Assembly (NCBI GenBank): GCA_963770895.1
Contig: CAVYRF010000002.1
Span: 192,001 to 256,000 of the forward strand
Source of the DNA: an uncultured Acidobacteriota bacterium
GTDB taxonomy: Bacteria; Acidobacteriota; Thermoanaerobaculia; Multivoradales; UBA5704
Direction: 5' to 3'
DNA length: 64,000 bases
Part shown: positions 17,506 to 27,709 of the stretch, one piece after another
Layout: every line of letters starts with the position of its first letter
Position numbering within the stretch: the stretch's first letter is position 1
Translations under genes and position numbers: made by a program
The notes under the pieces: generated by a model
Told to the model about the DNA's origin: nothing
The model's database searches: none
The model's input: only the letters and a program-made list of their open reading frames with translations

Positions 17506-19218
17506 TTACTGGTTGTTCTGGTATTGGGTCTGGAAGTAGGTGCCGGTGGGCTGGATCTGGTTTTGCTGGTTGTAAAGGCCGAACTGGTTGTCGTCGATCA
17601 GGACCCATTCGAAGGTGGCGGCGACGCCGTCGGCGAGGGCCGTGGGCAGCAGGCCGCTCAACCAGGTCTGGATCGAGGAGTTGGCGAACTGTGCTTCACT
17701 GAAGCCGATCTCCCCCAGGACGATGCGGCTGGTGGCGGACTGGGCGGCGATGGTACCCAGGTCCTGGGTGAGAGTCTGTTCGCAGGTTGTAAGCGAGCTG
17801 GTGGTGCAGGTGTTGATGCTTTCGTAGGAGGAGTAGGACACGGCGTCGGGATGCAGGCCCGGCAGGACGTTGTACAGCACGCTTTGGTAACCGGCGCTTT
17901 GCAGCGCGCGCACGATGTTGATTTCGGCGGTGTGGTACACGGCGACGCCGGCGATGCCTTCCGTTGCGGCTTGCGAGCGGGCGGCGGCGATGCCGCCCTG
18001 GCGGGCGCTCAGCCAATCGGCCAGACCCTGCATGCCGGTGTCAGGGTTGGGGACGTTGGGGTAGAGGGTGGTGTAGTTGGAGTTGCACCAGCTGGTGACG
18101 CTGGCATCGGTCGCATAGCCGTAGGCGTTCGAGCAGTAGACGGCGTTGTCGCCTTCCCAATGCGAGATGTAAAAGGTCTTTCCTGAATCGTGGTAGGTCC
18201 GGTAGAGGTAGAGCGCCAGGTTTTCGAACTCGGCGGACGTGGCCGCCGAAAACGCCGTGGTCGCGCCGTTGGATACGTAGAGCGTCGGGTCGACGTAGAT
18301 CCGGCCGCTCACGCATTGGCTGTTCAGGTCAAAGGCGCTGATCGCGTAAACCTGGACGTTGGGGTTGGATAGCGCTTGCTGGGCGTCGGCCGAGCTGATC
18401 ATCTGCAGCAGCGTCTGCGGCTGGCTGCAGTTGGGAACCAGGGATATCTTGAGCGCGCGGCCGCCCAGGCCGGTCACCATGGCGGCGCCGGACGCCAGGT
18501 ACCCCGTCCCCCGCGAATCGTAGACTCCCACCGACTGCAGGTATTGCGACACCGCATCCGCTCGCACCTGGAAGGTCACCGTGGCGGTGAAACCGCCGAT
18601 GCTTGCCGTTTTGGTCCAGGTGCCGGCGTTGCCGGCGGACCAGGCGCCGCCGCTGGCGCTCCAGTTGCCGTTGCCGTCGGTCGCCTGCCCATAGTCGGCG
18701 TTGTTCTCACCGGTCGAGGCGCCGTTCAAGGTGCTCGACCACAGGATCTCGGTGTTGGGCGGACCGCCCTTGATGGAATAGGTCGGCGCCTGGCCGGCCA
18801 CGTAGACCGGGCGGTCCAGGGTCAGCCGTTCGACGACCGTGAACGATACCGACAGCTGCGTGCCGGCGATCGAAGCCTGCTTGGTCCAGCTGCCCACGTC
18901 GCCCGCCGGCCAGGCGCCCGCCAATGCGTTCCAATTGCCGTTGGCGTCGGTGGCCTGACCGTAGTCGGCATCGACCTCGCCGGTGGAAACGCCATTTTTC
19001 CAGCTGGACCACAGGATCTCCGCATTGGCGGGTGCGCCGGTGATCTGGTAGACGGTGCTCTCTCCGATCATCGGGCTGCTGCGGTCGACGGTGAGCGTCG
19101 CCGCCGCGGCGCCGATTGCAAAAACTGCGGGGAGGACAAAACCGAACGCCAGGCATTGGCGCGCCGGTCCGTGCGAGCCGTTGGAGTTGATGCCGTGGGA
19201 TGTCGTCTCTCTATCCAT
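17506..19218 (-). CDS. Secreted protein: two tandem ~90-aa beta-rich repeats plus a putative TIM-barrel hydrolase domain
   Basis: Signal peptide. Repeat 'LT.DR..(Y).I.G.P.N.EILWSS..NG.STGE..ADYGQATD.NGNW.A..GAW.AG..G.WTK.ASI.G' occurs twice. C-terminal domain has SHWEGDN and RIVLGEIGFSE. Confidence 0.75.
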   Translation of the reverse strand: MDRETTSHGINSNGSHGPARQCLAFGFVLPAVFAIGAAAATLTVDRSSPMIGESTVYQITGAPANAEILWSSWKNGVSTGEVDADYGQATDANGNWNALAGAWPAGDVGSWTKQASIAGTQLSVSFTVVERLTLDRPVYVAGQAPTYSIKGGPPNTEILWSSTLNGASTGENNADYGQATDGNGNWSASGGAWSAGNAGTWTKTASIGGFTATVTFQVRADAVSQYLQSVGVYDSRGTGYLASGAAMVTGLGGRALKISLVPNCSQPQTLLQMISSADAQQALSNPNVQVYAISAFDLNSQCVSGRIYVDPTLYVSNGATTAFSAATSAEFENLALYLYRTYHDSGKTFYISHWEGDNAVYCSNAYGYATDASVTSWCNSNYTTLYPNVPNPDTGMQGLADWLSARQGGIAAARSQAATEGIAGVAVYHTAEINIVRALQSAGYQSVLYNVLPGLHPDAVSYSSYESINTCTTSSLTTCEQTLTQDLGTIAAQSATSRIVLGEIGFSEAQFANSSIQTWLSGLLPTALADGVAATFEWVLIDDNQFGLYNQQNQIQPTGTYFQTQYQNNQ

Positions 19219-19390
19219 ACGCCGTTCCCTTCTGCAAGCGCGGCTTGGCCGCCTGCCACCTGGACCAGGCCGCGGTGGACAAGAATGCGCCGCAAGACGG
19301 CGCCGCTCCGGCAGCCGTCTCCGGCCGCCCGAAAGGCGTGCAATCCCCCTACCAACCTGCTTGCTTGCGGATGTAGTAGGGGAGGCGACA

Positions 19391-19433
19391 CCTGTTGACA
19401 GTCTACAGGTTGCTCCTGTAGGGTACCTACATG
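19391..19433 (+). promoter_or_regulatory. Twin palindromic PadR operators overlapping a sigma70-like promoter of a probably leaderless padR
   Basis: CCTGTTGACAGTCTACAGG (19391-19409) and CCTGTAGGGTACCTACATG (19415-19433). TTGACA at 19395-19400, TG-TAGGGT at 19417-19424, ATG at 19431, no RBS. Confidence 0.65.
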
Positions 19434-19778
19434 AGCGACGAAACCGATGCAATCCAGGACAGGTCGGAGCTGTTGCAGGGGACGCTCGACCTGATGGTGC
19501 TGCGGACCCTGGCGCTCGCGCCGATGCACGGCTACGGCATCGCGCAGCGCATCCAGCAGATCTCGCGCGACGTGCTGCGCGTCAACCAGGGCTCGCTGTA
19601 TCCGGCGCTGCTGCGCCTGGAGCAGCAGGGCTGGATCTCGTCGGCCTGGGGCACTTCGGAAAACAACCGGCGGGCGCGCTTCTACTCGCTGACGCGGGTC
19701 GGACGGCGCCAGCTGGCGGTTGAAACCGAGCGTTGGGAACGGTTTTCCCAAGCCATAGGCCGGCTGCTCGAAGCGTGA
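19431..19778 (+). CDS. PadR family transcriptional regulator (acidobacterial type)
   Basis: LLQGTLDLMVLRTL, MHGYGIAQRI, VNQGSLYPALLRLEQQGWI, SENNRRARFYSLT..GRRQL. Confidence 0.95.
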   Translation: MSDETDAIQDRSELLQGTLDLMVLRTLALAPMHGYGIAQRIQQISRDVLRVNQGSLYPALLRLEQQGWISSAWGTSENNRRARFYSLTRVGRRQLAVETERWERFSQAIGRLLEA

Positions 19779-22672
19779 TGCGCACCGTGCGATGCTGGTT
19801 GATGCGCGGCGCCGGCTTGTTGCGCCGGCGCCAGCTGGACGCTCGTCTGGACGAGGAGCTGGGCTTCCACCTGGAGATGCAGACGCGCGACAACCTGTCG
19901 CGCGGCATGAGCCCGGCGGCGGCGCGGCGCGCGGCCCGGCTCAGCCTGGCGCCTGGCGGCTCGTGCGAAGCGGTGCGCGAACAGTTCCGGGCGCAGCGCG
20001 GCGTGCCGATGGTGGAGACGCTGGTACAGGACCTGCGCTACGCCCTGCGCATGCTGCGGCAGAGCCCGGGCTTCACCTGCGTGGCGCTGCTGTCGCTGGC
20101 ATTCGGCATCGGCATCAATTGCGCCATCTTCAGCGTCGTCGACGCCCTGCTGCTCAAGCAGCTGCCGGTGCGCGACGCCGGCACGCTGCTGTTTCTCAAC
20201 CGGCGGGCGCCCTCCGGCGAGCTGCCGGCGCTGTTCTCCTACCCCGCGTTCCAGCACCTCGCCGAGGCGCGCTCGGTCGCCACGGACATGGTGGCCGTGA
20301 CCGGCGATTTTCGCGCCGTGGTGCACAGCGCGGCCGAGAGCGGCGACTCCCGGCCGGCCATTGCCGCCAGCGGCCTCAGCAGCGCCGGCGGCGCCACAGC
20401 CATGCCCGCTGGCGCCGACGCCGGCGCCGATTTGCCCACTTCCTCCGACACCGCCGCGGCGCCGGCGTCAAACGCCACCGGCGAGCTGGTTTCGGGCAAC
20501 TTCTGGAGCGCCCTTGGCGCCGGCACCGCGGCGGGCCGCACGTTTACCGCCGCCGAAGACACGGTGCCGGGCGCCCACCCGGTGGCGGTGCTCAGCTACG
20601 GCTACTGGCAGCGCGCTTTCGGCCGCGATCCGCGCGTCGTCGGCAGGGTGCTGCGGATCAACGGCGCGGCGGTCACCGTGGTGGGCGTCGCGGCGCGCGG
20701 CTTTGCCGGCGTCTATGCGGATTGGCAGCCCGACCTGTTTCTGCCGCTCACCCTGCGTGACGTGCTCAAGTACCGGGGCGACACCTATACCGACGGCCCG
20801 GCGGACCCCCACGCGCCGGTCTGGAACCAGATCAACTACCACTGGCTGCAGCTGATCGTCCGCCGCCGGCCGGCGACCGATGTGCGCCAGGTCGGCGCCC
20901 TGCTCAACCTGCTGTTCGAGCGCGACAAGCAGAGCCAGGCGGCGACCCGCACGGACGCCCAGGACCGCAGGGAAACGCTGGGCCAGACGATCGTGCTGCA
21001 ACCGGCGGCGCGCGGCCTGGCGATGACGCGCGAGCAGCTGGGGCAGCCGCTGCTGATCCTGATGTCGGTGGCCAGTGTGGTGCTGCTGATCGCCTGCGTC
21101 AACGTGGCCAACCTGCTGCTGGCGCGCGCCGACCGGCGGCGCAAGGAGATGGCGGTGCGGCTGGGCATCGGCGCCGGCCGCGGCCGCCTGGTGCGCCAGC
21201 TGCTGACCGAGAGCCTGGTGCTGTCCGGCCTTGGCGGCGCGCTGGGACTCCTGCTTGCCTCGCAGGGCAGCCGCCTGCTCATCGGCCTGATGCAGAACAG
21301 CTCGCCGCCGCTGGCGCTGGACGTGGCGCCGGACGGCCGCAAGCTGGCCTTCGCCGGCGTCGCGGCGCTGTTGACGGCGGTGGTGTTCGGCCTGGCGCCG
21401 GCGCTGCAGGCGACCCGCGTGGACCTGGCCGCGGCGCTCAAGGACGGCGCCAAGGCGCTGACCGGCAACGCCCGGCGCCGCGCTCGCCGCTGGCTGCCGC
21501 CGCTCGGATCGCTCCTGGTCGCGGCGCAGGTCGCGCTGTCGCTGTTGCTGCTGATCGGCGCCGGCCTGTTCGTGCGCAGCCTGCAGAACTTGACGGCGGT
21601 CGCCCCCGGATTCGCCAGCGACCAGCTGATCCAGGCCTACATCGATCCGCACCTGCTCGACTACGACGCCGCCCACCGCAGCGCGCTCTACGATCGCCTG
21701 CGCGAGCGGGTGGCGGCGATGCCGGGGGTGCGCTCGGCCAGCCTGTCGCTCAACCCGCTGTTCAGCAACATCCAGCGCACCAGCAACGTTTCCACCCCCA
21801 GCTCCCCCGCCGAACAGGGCGCCGACGAGGACACCGAGTCGCAGACCGTCACCGCGGACTACTTCGCCACCGTCGGCATGCAGCTGCTCGCCGGCCGCGG
21901 CTTCGCGCCGCAGGACCGGCCGGACTCGCCGAAGGTGGCGGTGGTCAACCAGGCTTTCGCCCGCCGCTTCCTGGGCGGCGCCGCGGTGGGCCAGCGTTTC
22001 GGCCTGGGCGGCCGCCGCCACAGCCGCGACTACGAAGTGATCGGGCTGGTCAAGGACGCCAAGTACCACTCCCTGGCGGAAGGGGCGCACCCGTTGGTCT
22101 GGTTCGCATTTTCCCAGAACCCGGAGGACGTGCTGCGCGACCTGGAAGTGCGGGCGCAGGCCGGCGCCGCCATCGCGGTGGCAGGGCAGCTGCGCCGCGT
22201 CATCGCCACGACCAGCCCCGACCTTGCCGTCTTCGGCATCGCCACCATGACCGACCGGCTGTCGCACTCGCTTGCCCGCGAGCGGGCGGTGGCGCGCCTC
22301 ACCGGCTTTTTCGGCCTGCTGGCGCTGCTGCTCGCCGCGGTCGGCCTGTACGGCGTGATGTCCTACAGCGTCGCCCGGCGCACCAGCGAAATCGGCCTGC
22401 GCATGGCGCTGGGCGCACCGCGCGCCCAGGTGCTGGGGCTGGTGCTGCGGCAGACGGCGCAGCTGATCGCCATCGGCGTCGCCGCCGGGCTGGCGGCGGC
22501 GCTGGCGGCCACGCGCGTCGCCGCCAGCCAGCTGTTCGGGGTGACCGCCCACGATCCGGCAACCATCGCCACCGCCACCGTGGTGATGGCGACCGTGGCG
22601 CTCGCCGCCGGCTTCCTGCCCGCCCGGCGCGCCGCCGACACCGATCCGATGGTGGCATTGCGCCGCGACTGA
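19778..22672 (+). CDS. ADOP-family duplicated permease with N-terminal 'permease prefix' domain
   Basis: TGATG overlap with padR. LDEELGFHLEM, QDLRYALRMLRQSPGFT, LIACVNVANLLLAR, RRTSEIGLRMALGA, PARRAA..DPMVALR. Carries an Ala/Gly/Ser-rich insert at about 20330-20470. Confidence 0.93.
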   Translation: MRTVRCWLMRGAGLLRRRQLDARLDEELGFHLEMQTRDNLSRGMSPAAARRAARLSLAPGGSCEAVREQFRAQRGVPMVETLVQDLRYALRMLRQSPGFTCVALLSLAFGIGINCAIFSVVDALLLKQLPVRDAGTLLFLNRRAPSGELPALFSYPAFQHLAEARSVATDMVAVTGDFRAVVHSAAESGDSRPAIAASGLSSAGGATAMPAGADAGADLPTSSDTAAAPASNATGELVSGNFWSALGAGTAAGRTFTAAEDTVPGAHPVAVLSYGYWQRAFGRDPRVVGRVLRINGAAVTVVGVAARGFAGVYADWQPDLFLPLTLRDVLKYRGDTYTDGPADPHAPVWNQINYHWLQLIVRRRPATDVRQVGALLNLLFERDKQSQAATRTDAQDRRETLGQTIVLQPAARGLAMTREQLGQPLLILMSVASVVLLIACVNVANLLLARADRRRKEMAVRLGIGAGRGRLVRQLLTESLVLSGLGGALGLLLASQGSRLLIGLMQNSSPPLALDVAPDGRKLAFAGVAALLTAVVFGLAPALQATRVDLAAALKDGAKALTGNARRRARRWLPPLGSLLVAAQVALSLLLLIGAGLFVRSLQNLTAVAPGFASDQLIQAYIDPHLLDYDAAHRSALYDRLRERVAAMPGVRSASLSLNPLFSNIQRTSNVSTPSSPAEQGADEDTESQTVTADYFATVGMQLLAGRGFAPQDRPDSPKVAVVNQAFARRFLGGAAVGQRFGLGGRRHSRDYEVIGLVKDAKYHSLAEGAHPLVWFAFSQNPEDVLRDLEVRAQAGAAIAVAGQLRRVIATTSPDLAVFGIATMTDRLSHSLARERAVARLTGFFGLLALLLAAVGLYGVMSYSVARRTSEIGLRMALGAPRAQVLGLVLRQTAQLIAIGVAAGLAAALAATRVAASQLFGVTAHDPATIATATVVMATVALAAGFLPARRAADTDPMVALRRD

Positions 22673-22758
22673 CGCACTGTCGCCCGGGCGGGCGCGCCCC
22701 GGCCGGCACGGCACCGGCGGTTCGATGGACACCGGAGGGACCGGCAGCCCCTCTGAGG

Positions 22759-22796
22759 CGGCGGCGATCGCCTCTATCGCGAGACGATCGCCGCCG
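22759..22796. terminator. GC-rich hairpin between convergent genes (possible bidirectional terminator)
   Basis: CGGCGGCGATCG ... CGATCGCCGCCG, a 12-bp inverted repeat; no clear U-tract. Confidence 0.45.
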
Positions 22797-22840
22797 GGGA
22801 GCTGAAACCAGTCGGTCCGCCTGCGGCAGCGGCGAGCGCC

Positions 22841-25800
22841 CTAAGCGCCAGCGGCGCCGGCGCCGCCGGCGTTGCTGGACCGGCCGCCGCGCCGGGCGAG
22901 CATCGCGACTCCGGCGCCGGCCAGCAGAAGGCACAGCAGCAGCAGGCCGATGGTGCCCAGCGTCGGGACTTCGGCCAGCGGGTCGACCTGGAAGGTGGTG
23001 GGGCCGCCGCCGTTGCCGTTGGCGGTGTCGGCGGTGGATTCGTTGGTGCCGTTGCCGTCGGCGTCGAAATGGATGACGCCCTGGTTGGAGATGGTGGTGC
23101 CCGCGGTGCCGCCAGCGACGGTGGCGTGGATGGTGATCGTGACCGTGCCGCCGTTGGCCGCGAGCGAGCCGTTCCAGCTGACGCTGTTGGTGGCGGTGTC
23201 GGCGACCGCGGTGCCGCTGGTGGCGGAAGCGCTGGTCAGCACCAGCGTCGACGGCAGGACGTCGTCGAATTCGTCGCCTGGATTGTCCTGCTGAACAGAG
23301 GTGCCGTTGTTGGTCAGCACGATCGTGTAGGTGACGGCGCCGTGCTCCTGGAACGTGCCGGCGACCGTCTTGACGCCCGAGACGGAGGAGGGCGAAAGCA
23401 CCTGCACGGTGGCACCGGCGCTGTTGTTGGCGTTGTTGGGGTCGGCGGTGGTGGACCCGGCGGTGCCGTTGTTGGTCAGCGGGCCGGCGATCGACGGCGC
23501 GTTGACGGTGAGTGCCAGGGTCTCGGTCGCTCCCTTGGCCATGCTGCCCAGGTTCCACATGCCGGTGGCGGCGTTGAACACGCCCGCCGAAGCGGTCGAG
23601 CTGGTGGGGGTCAGCGAGGGGTAGCTGGGGAACGCCTCGTGCACGTTGACGCTGTAGGATGGGTCGTCGCCGTTGTTGGTCAGCGTCAGCGTATAGGTCA
23701 CCGCGCCGCCGGCGACGACCGTCAGGCTGCTGGCCACCATGCTGAGCGCGACGTCGGCCGAGCGCGGCGCCGTCACGTCGACCTGCGACTGGTTGTTGGC
23801 GGGGTTGGGATCGAGCACGCTCGATTGGGCGATCTGTGCCGTGTTGACGATCGGATCGGTGGTGGCCACGGTGGCGACGATATGGAGCGTGGCGCTCGCC
23901 GACACGCCGAGCGCGCCCACCGTCCACTGGCCGGTCGCGGAGCTATAGGCGCCGCCGCCGTCGTCGCTCACGTAGGTCAAGCCGGCCGGCAGCGCGTCGC
24001 CGACCACAATACCGGTGGCGGCGCTCGGCCCGGCGTTGGATACGGTCAGGGTGAAGGTCGCGTTCTGCCCCAGGGTGGGGCTGGCGGGCGACATCGACTT
24101 GACGATGGACAGGTCCGCCGACGCGGTGCCCTGCAGAGGGATCACCTGCGCCGCCGTGCCGGCGGCGTTGTGGTGGTGCAGCAGCAGCGCGCCCAGCGAA
24201 CCGTTGGTCGTCATGTTGGCGGTGTTCCAGGTCACCGGGATCGCGCCGCCGGCCAGGTCCTCCAGCAGCGAGGCGCCGCCAAAGTTGAGCCCCTGCGCGC
24301 TGGCGCCGTACGCCCACTTGAAGGGGCCGGCCACCTGGTCGACCGAGCCGTCGAAGCAGAGCGGATCGTACATGCGGCAGGTCTGCACCGACCAGGTGAA
24401 CGGGGTGGTACCCGAGGTGAGCCCGAGCGCCGCCGGTGACGCCGCCAGGATCATGACGTTGTTGTCGAACAGCCGCGAATCGATCGAAGAAGGGGCCAGC
24501 CGGTTGACGAAGGTGCCGATCGAAACGCCGCTGGTGCTGGTGTTGAAGATGCCGGTGATGGGCGTGTCCTGGCCGGTGGCGCTTCCTGTGCCGAACAGGT
24601 TGAGCGCCATGTTGCCCGGGTCCGAGTTGAACAGCACGCGGGTGCCGTTGACGATGACGTTGAAGGCGACGTCGGAAGGGGTAGCCCAGGGACCCCAGGT
24701 CGACACGCCGAACAGCAACAGGTTGTGTGTGCTGTCGTAGGCGACGCCGGCATACTGGATGTTGAAGTAGCCCGGCAGGCTGGCATTTTGCGGATGCACT
24801 ACCTGCAGCTCGAAGGGCGACACCAGCGACACTTCATCCGTCGGGAAGCTCCCCGTGCAGGCCGGCCCGGCGCTCAGCGTCCCGGTGCACACGGCGGTGC
24901 CGGACAGCGGGATCGTGGTCGAGCCCGTGGGGGCGCCGCCGGTGGCGATCACCATCTGGCCCGCCATCGTCGAGGTCGGCCGCGCCGCGGCGTAGACCGG
25001 CAGCCGCATCACCGTCTTGCCCGCCTGACCGAAGGTGATGTACGCCCCGGCCTCGTTGAGAAATTCCCGCGACAGGCTGCCCAGCGAGGTGAGCGGCGCG
25101 GGCGCCGCCTGCACCGGGGCGATGGTCCCCGGCAGCACGTGGGTCATCTGCGACGACGTGCCGCTCATCTGGACGTCGAAGGTGGTCGATTGACCCGCCG
25201 GGACGGTGACGCTGGTGCCGCCAGGCAGCGAAAAGACGACGCCCGCCGCGGGGTCGGTGGGATCGATGCCCAGGTTGAACGTCTGGTCGGTCGCGCCGTG
25301 ATTGACCAGCCGCACCGTCTTGACCTGCGTCGTGGTGCCGACGATCTGGTCGCCGAACGACAGGCTGACCGAGCCGATTCCCAGGTCGTCGAAGCTGGTG
25401 ACCGTGGCCGTCGCCGACACCGCGTCGTCGACCCGTCCGGCGCCGACGCGCCCCAGGCCCATGCGGCCGCCGGAGCCGCCGGAGCTGAAGGTGACGTCGT
25501 GCACGGCGCCGTTCATCAACAGCGCCTTGATCTCTTCGACCGACCAGTCGGGATGCAGCTGGCGCAGCAGCGCCGCCGAGCCGGCGACGTGCGGCGTCGC
25601 CATCGAGGTGCCGGACAGCACCAGCAACTGGCCGCCGGCGTCGAAGCCGGTCGCGGTCGGCGTGATGCAGCCGCCGCCGGTCATGCAGGTCATGCCGGTC
25701 TGGGTGGACGGGATCGATTCGCCGGGCGCCGTGATGTCGGGCTTGAGGAAGATCGGCGGCGTGGCGTTGCGCGGGCCGCGCGACGAAAAGGTGGCGATGC

Positions 25801-27445
25801 TGTCGGCGGCGCTGACGCTGCCCAGGGTGGCGTTGACCCCCGGCAGGTTCGCCTTGATCGTGGCGCCATCGTTGTACGAGATGAGCACCGCGGGAATGGT
25901 GATGTTGGGCTGCGTGGCGTCGCCACCCATGGTGAGCAGCGTCGGGTCGCCCGGCACGTTGTTGACCACGATGACGCCGATGGCGCCGGCGGCCTGCGCC
26001 GTCGCCGCCTTGGTCTGGAACGAGCACGTGCCGCGATCGACCAGGGCGATGTTGCCAGCGACCGCCGCGGCGTTGGTCAGGGCGCTGCAGCCCTGGCCGG
26101 CGACGCCACTGCCGGCGGCCACGTACACCACCGACCCGGTCTGGCCCGAAGGGTTGGGCGCGCCGTTGCCGAAGGCGTCGGGAGCCGCCGAATAGGGACC
26201 GGCGATACCCGCCGGCGCGTTCACGGTCAGCACCGCACCCGGCACCCCCGGATCGGCGCTCGCCGCCACCGCAATGGTGCGCGTCGAGCTGCCCGGGCTG
26301 CCGTGGATGAAGTACGTGTCGCCGGCGTTGCCCGCCGCGGCGACCACGATCACTCCCGCCAGGGCGGCGTTCTCGGACGCCATCGCGGAGGTGTCCGAAA
26401 TGCCGCCGTAAGTCGAGCCGAGCGACATGTTGATGACGTCAAGGTGGTCGGAGAAGTCGTCGTCGCCGTTGGGGTCGATCGCCCAATCGATCGCCTGCGG
26501 GGTCAGGCTGGTGCTCCCCTGGCAGCCGAAAATGCGCAGCGAATAGAGCAGCGCCTGGGGCGCCGCGCCGGGGCCGATGCGCAGCGAAGAGAACGGCGTC
26601 GACGGGCCATAGGGGCCGGTGTAGGGGGTGCCGTCGGCGTTGACGCCGAAACCCGCCGCCGTGCCGGCGACGTGCGAGCCGTGGCCGTAGCAGTCGGTGG
26701 GGTTGGGGTCCGGCACCGGAGTATTGCCGCCGGTGTAGGCATCGCCGGCGAAATCGGTGCCGCCCACCACCTTGGCGGTCGGGAAGAGGCCCGGATGGAT
26801 GGTGACGCGGTCGTTGGCCTGGTAGTCGGCGAGCAGCCCCGAGCCGCCGAACATCGGGTGCTGATAGTCGATGCCGGTGTCGATGATGCCGATGGTGATG
26901 CCGGCGCCGGTGATGTTGCCGGGCAGTCCCAGCGTATTGGCCCACAGCTGCGGGGCGTTGATGAAGGGGACGCTGGTCGCGTTGAGCGGCACTTCCGGCG
27001 TCAGCAGGTGCACCGCCTTGACGCCGGGGAGCCGTTGGATGGCCGCGATCTGGTCGGCGTCCACGAACAGCGCGATGGCGTTGAGCGCGCGGTGGATGCG
27101 ATAGATCTCCCGGCCGTGGAACGGCGCCGCGGTCAGGCGGGCGGCCAGGCTGGCCTGCGCCGCGACGATCGGCGGCGTCTGTGCGTGCACGGCCGCGACC
27201 GCGTTCTGACGCGCCTGCTCGCGCGACACGGTGCGGTCGGCCAGCGCCGCCGCCCAGACCACCGCGGCAGGCGGATCGACCAGCTCGACCAGGACCTGCC
27301 GCTGTTCGGCGCGGGCGGCCGGAGGCGCGATCTTGATTTCACCGATCGACGGCAGACCCTGCGCCACGATCGGCGCAGCGGCCGCGACCAGCGTCAGAGC
27401 GGCGACATGAAAACGGCGACCAACGAAGCGAGCAATTGCTTGCAT
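22841..27445 (-). CDS. S8 subtilisin-like serine protease with PA domain, DUF11-type repeats and an IPTL-CTERM-like sorting signal
   Basis: Triad motifs IIDTGIDY, HGSHVAG and SGTSMATPHVAG; PA motif IALVDRGTCSF; ADLSIVK..TFTLTVSNAGP..DPNPANN repeats; C-terminus EVPTLGTIGLLLLCLLLAGAGVAMLARR. Confidence 0.92.
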   Translation of the reverse strand: MQAIARFVGRRFHVAALTLVAAAAPIVAQGLPSIGEIKIAPPAARAEQRQVLVELVDPPAAVVWAAALADRTVSREQARQNAVAAVHAQTPPIVAAQASLAARLTAAPFHGREIYRIHRALNAIALFVDADQIAAIQRLPGVKAVHLLTPEVPLNATSVPFINAPQLWANTLGLPGNITGAGITIGIIDTGIDYQHPMFGGSGLLADYQANDRVTIHPGLFPTAKVVGGTDFAGDAYTGGNTPVPDPNPTDCYGHGSHVAGTAAGFGVNADGTPYTGPYGPSTPFSSLRIGPGAAPQALLYSLRIFGCQGSTSLTPQAIDWAIDPNGDDDFSDHLDVINMSLGSTYGGISDTSAMASENAALAGVIVVAAAGNAGDTYFIHGSPGSSTRTIAVAASADPGVPGAVLTVNAPAGIAGPYSAAPDAFGNGAPNPSGQTGSVVYVAAGSGVAGQGCSALTNAAAVAGNIALVDRGTCSFQTKAATAQAAGAIGVIVVNNVPGDPTLLTMGGDATQPNITIPAVLISYNDGATIKANLPGVNATLGSVSAADSIATFSSRGPRNATPPIFLKPDITAPGESIPSTQTGMTCMTGGGCITPTATGFDAGGQLLVLSGTSMATPHVAGSAALLRQLHPDWSVEEIKALLMNGAVHDVTFSSGGSGGRMGLGRVGAGRVDDAVSATATVTSFDDLGIGSVSLSFGDQIVGTTTQVKTVRLVNHGATDQTFNLGIDPTDPAAGVVFSLPGGTSVTVPAGQSTTFDVQMSGTSSQMTHVLPGTIAPVQAAPAPLTSLGSLSREFLNEAGAYITFGQAGKTVMRLPVYAAARPTSTMAGQMVIATGGAPTGSTTIPLSGTAVCTGTLSAGPACTGSFPTDEVSLVSPFELQVVHPQNASLPGYFNIQYAGVAYDSTHNLLLFGVSTWGPWATPSDVAFNVIVNGTRVLFNSDPGNMALNLFGTGSATGQDTPITGIFNTSTSGVSIGTFVNRLAPSSIDSRLFDNNVMILAASPAALGLTSGTTPFTWSVQTCRMYDPLCFDGSVDQVAGPFKWAYGASAQGLNFGGASLLEDLAGGAIPVTWNTANMTTNGSLGALLLHHHNAAGTAAQVIPLQGTASADLSIVKSMSPASPTLGQNATFTLTVSNAGPSAATGIVVGDALPAGLTYVSDDGGGAYSSATGQWTVGALGVSASATLHIVATVATTDPIVNTAQIAQSSVLDPNPANNQSQVDVTAPRSADVALSMVASSLTVVAGGAVTYTLTLTNNGDDPSYSVNVHEAFPSYPSLTPTSSTASAGVFNAATGMWNLGSMAKGATETLALTVNAPSIAGPLTNNGTAGSTTADPNNANNSAGATVQVLSPSSVSGVKTVAGTFQEHGAVTYTIVLTNNGTSVQQDNPGDEFDDVLPSTLVLTSASATSGTAVADTATNSVSWNGSLAANGGTVTITIHATVAGGTAGTTISNQGVIHFDADGNGTNESTADTANGNGGGPTTFQVDPLAEVPTLGTIGLLLLCLLLAGAGVAMLARRGGRSSNAGGAGAAGA

Positions 27446-27709
27446 CTTTCCCCCTGACAGACGGGCGCAAGGCAGGGAGGCTGCCATCGAGAGCCACCAC
27501 CGGTGAAGCAACTACCGTGCGGCCCCTGATCCCGTGAGTCCCTGCACTCTGATGCCGTCCGCCGAGCATGTCAAGCGTGCCGGGTGCCCTCCATCCTGGC
27601 GACGCACCGTGCTGTAACGCCGGCACACCGCGCCGCGCCCATGGGAAGACGGTTTAACATCACCAGATCGAAACTGCATTCGACCGTGAGGTCAAAGGAG
27701 GCTCTCGCA

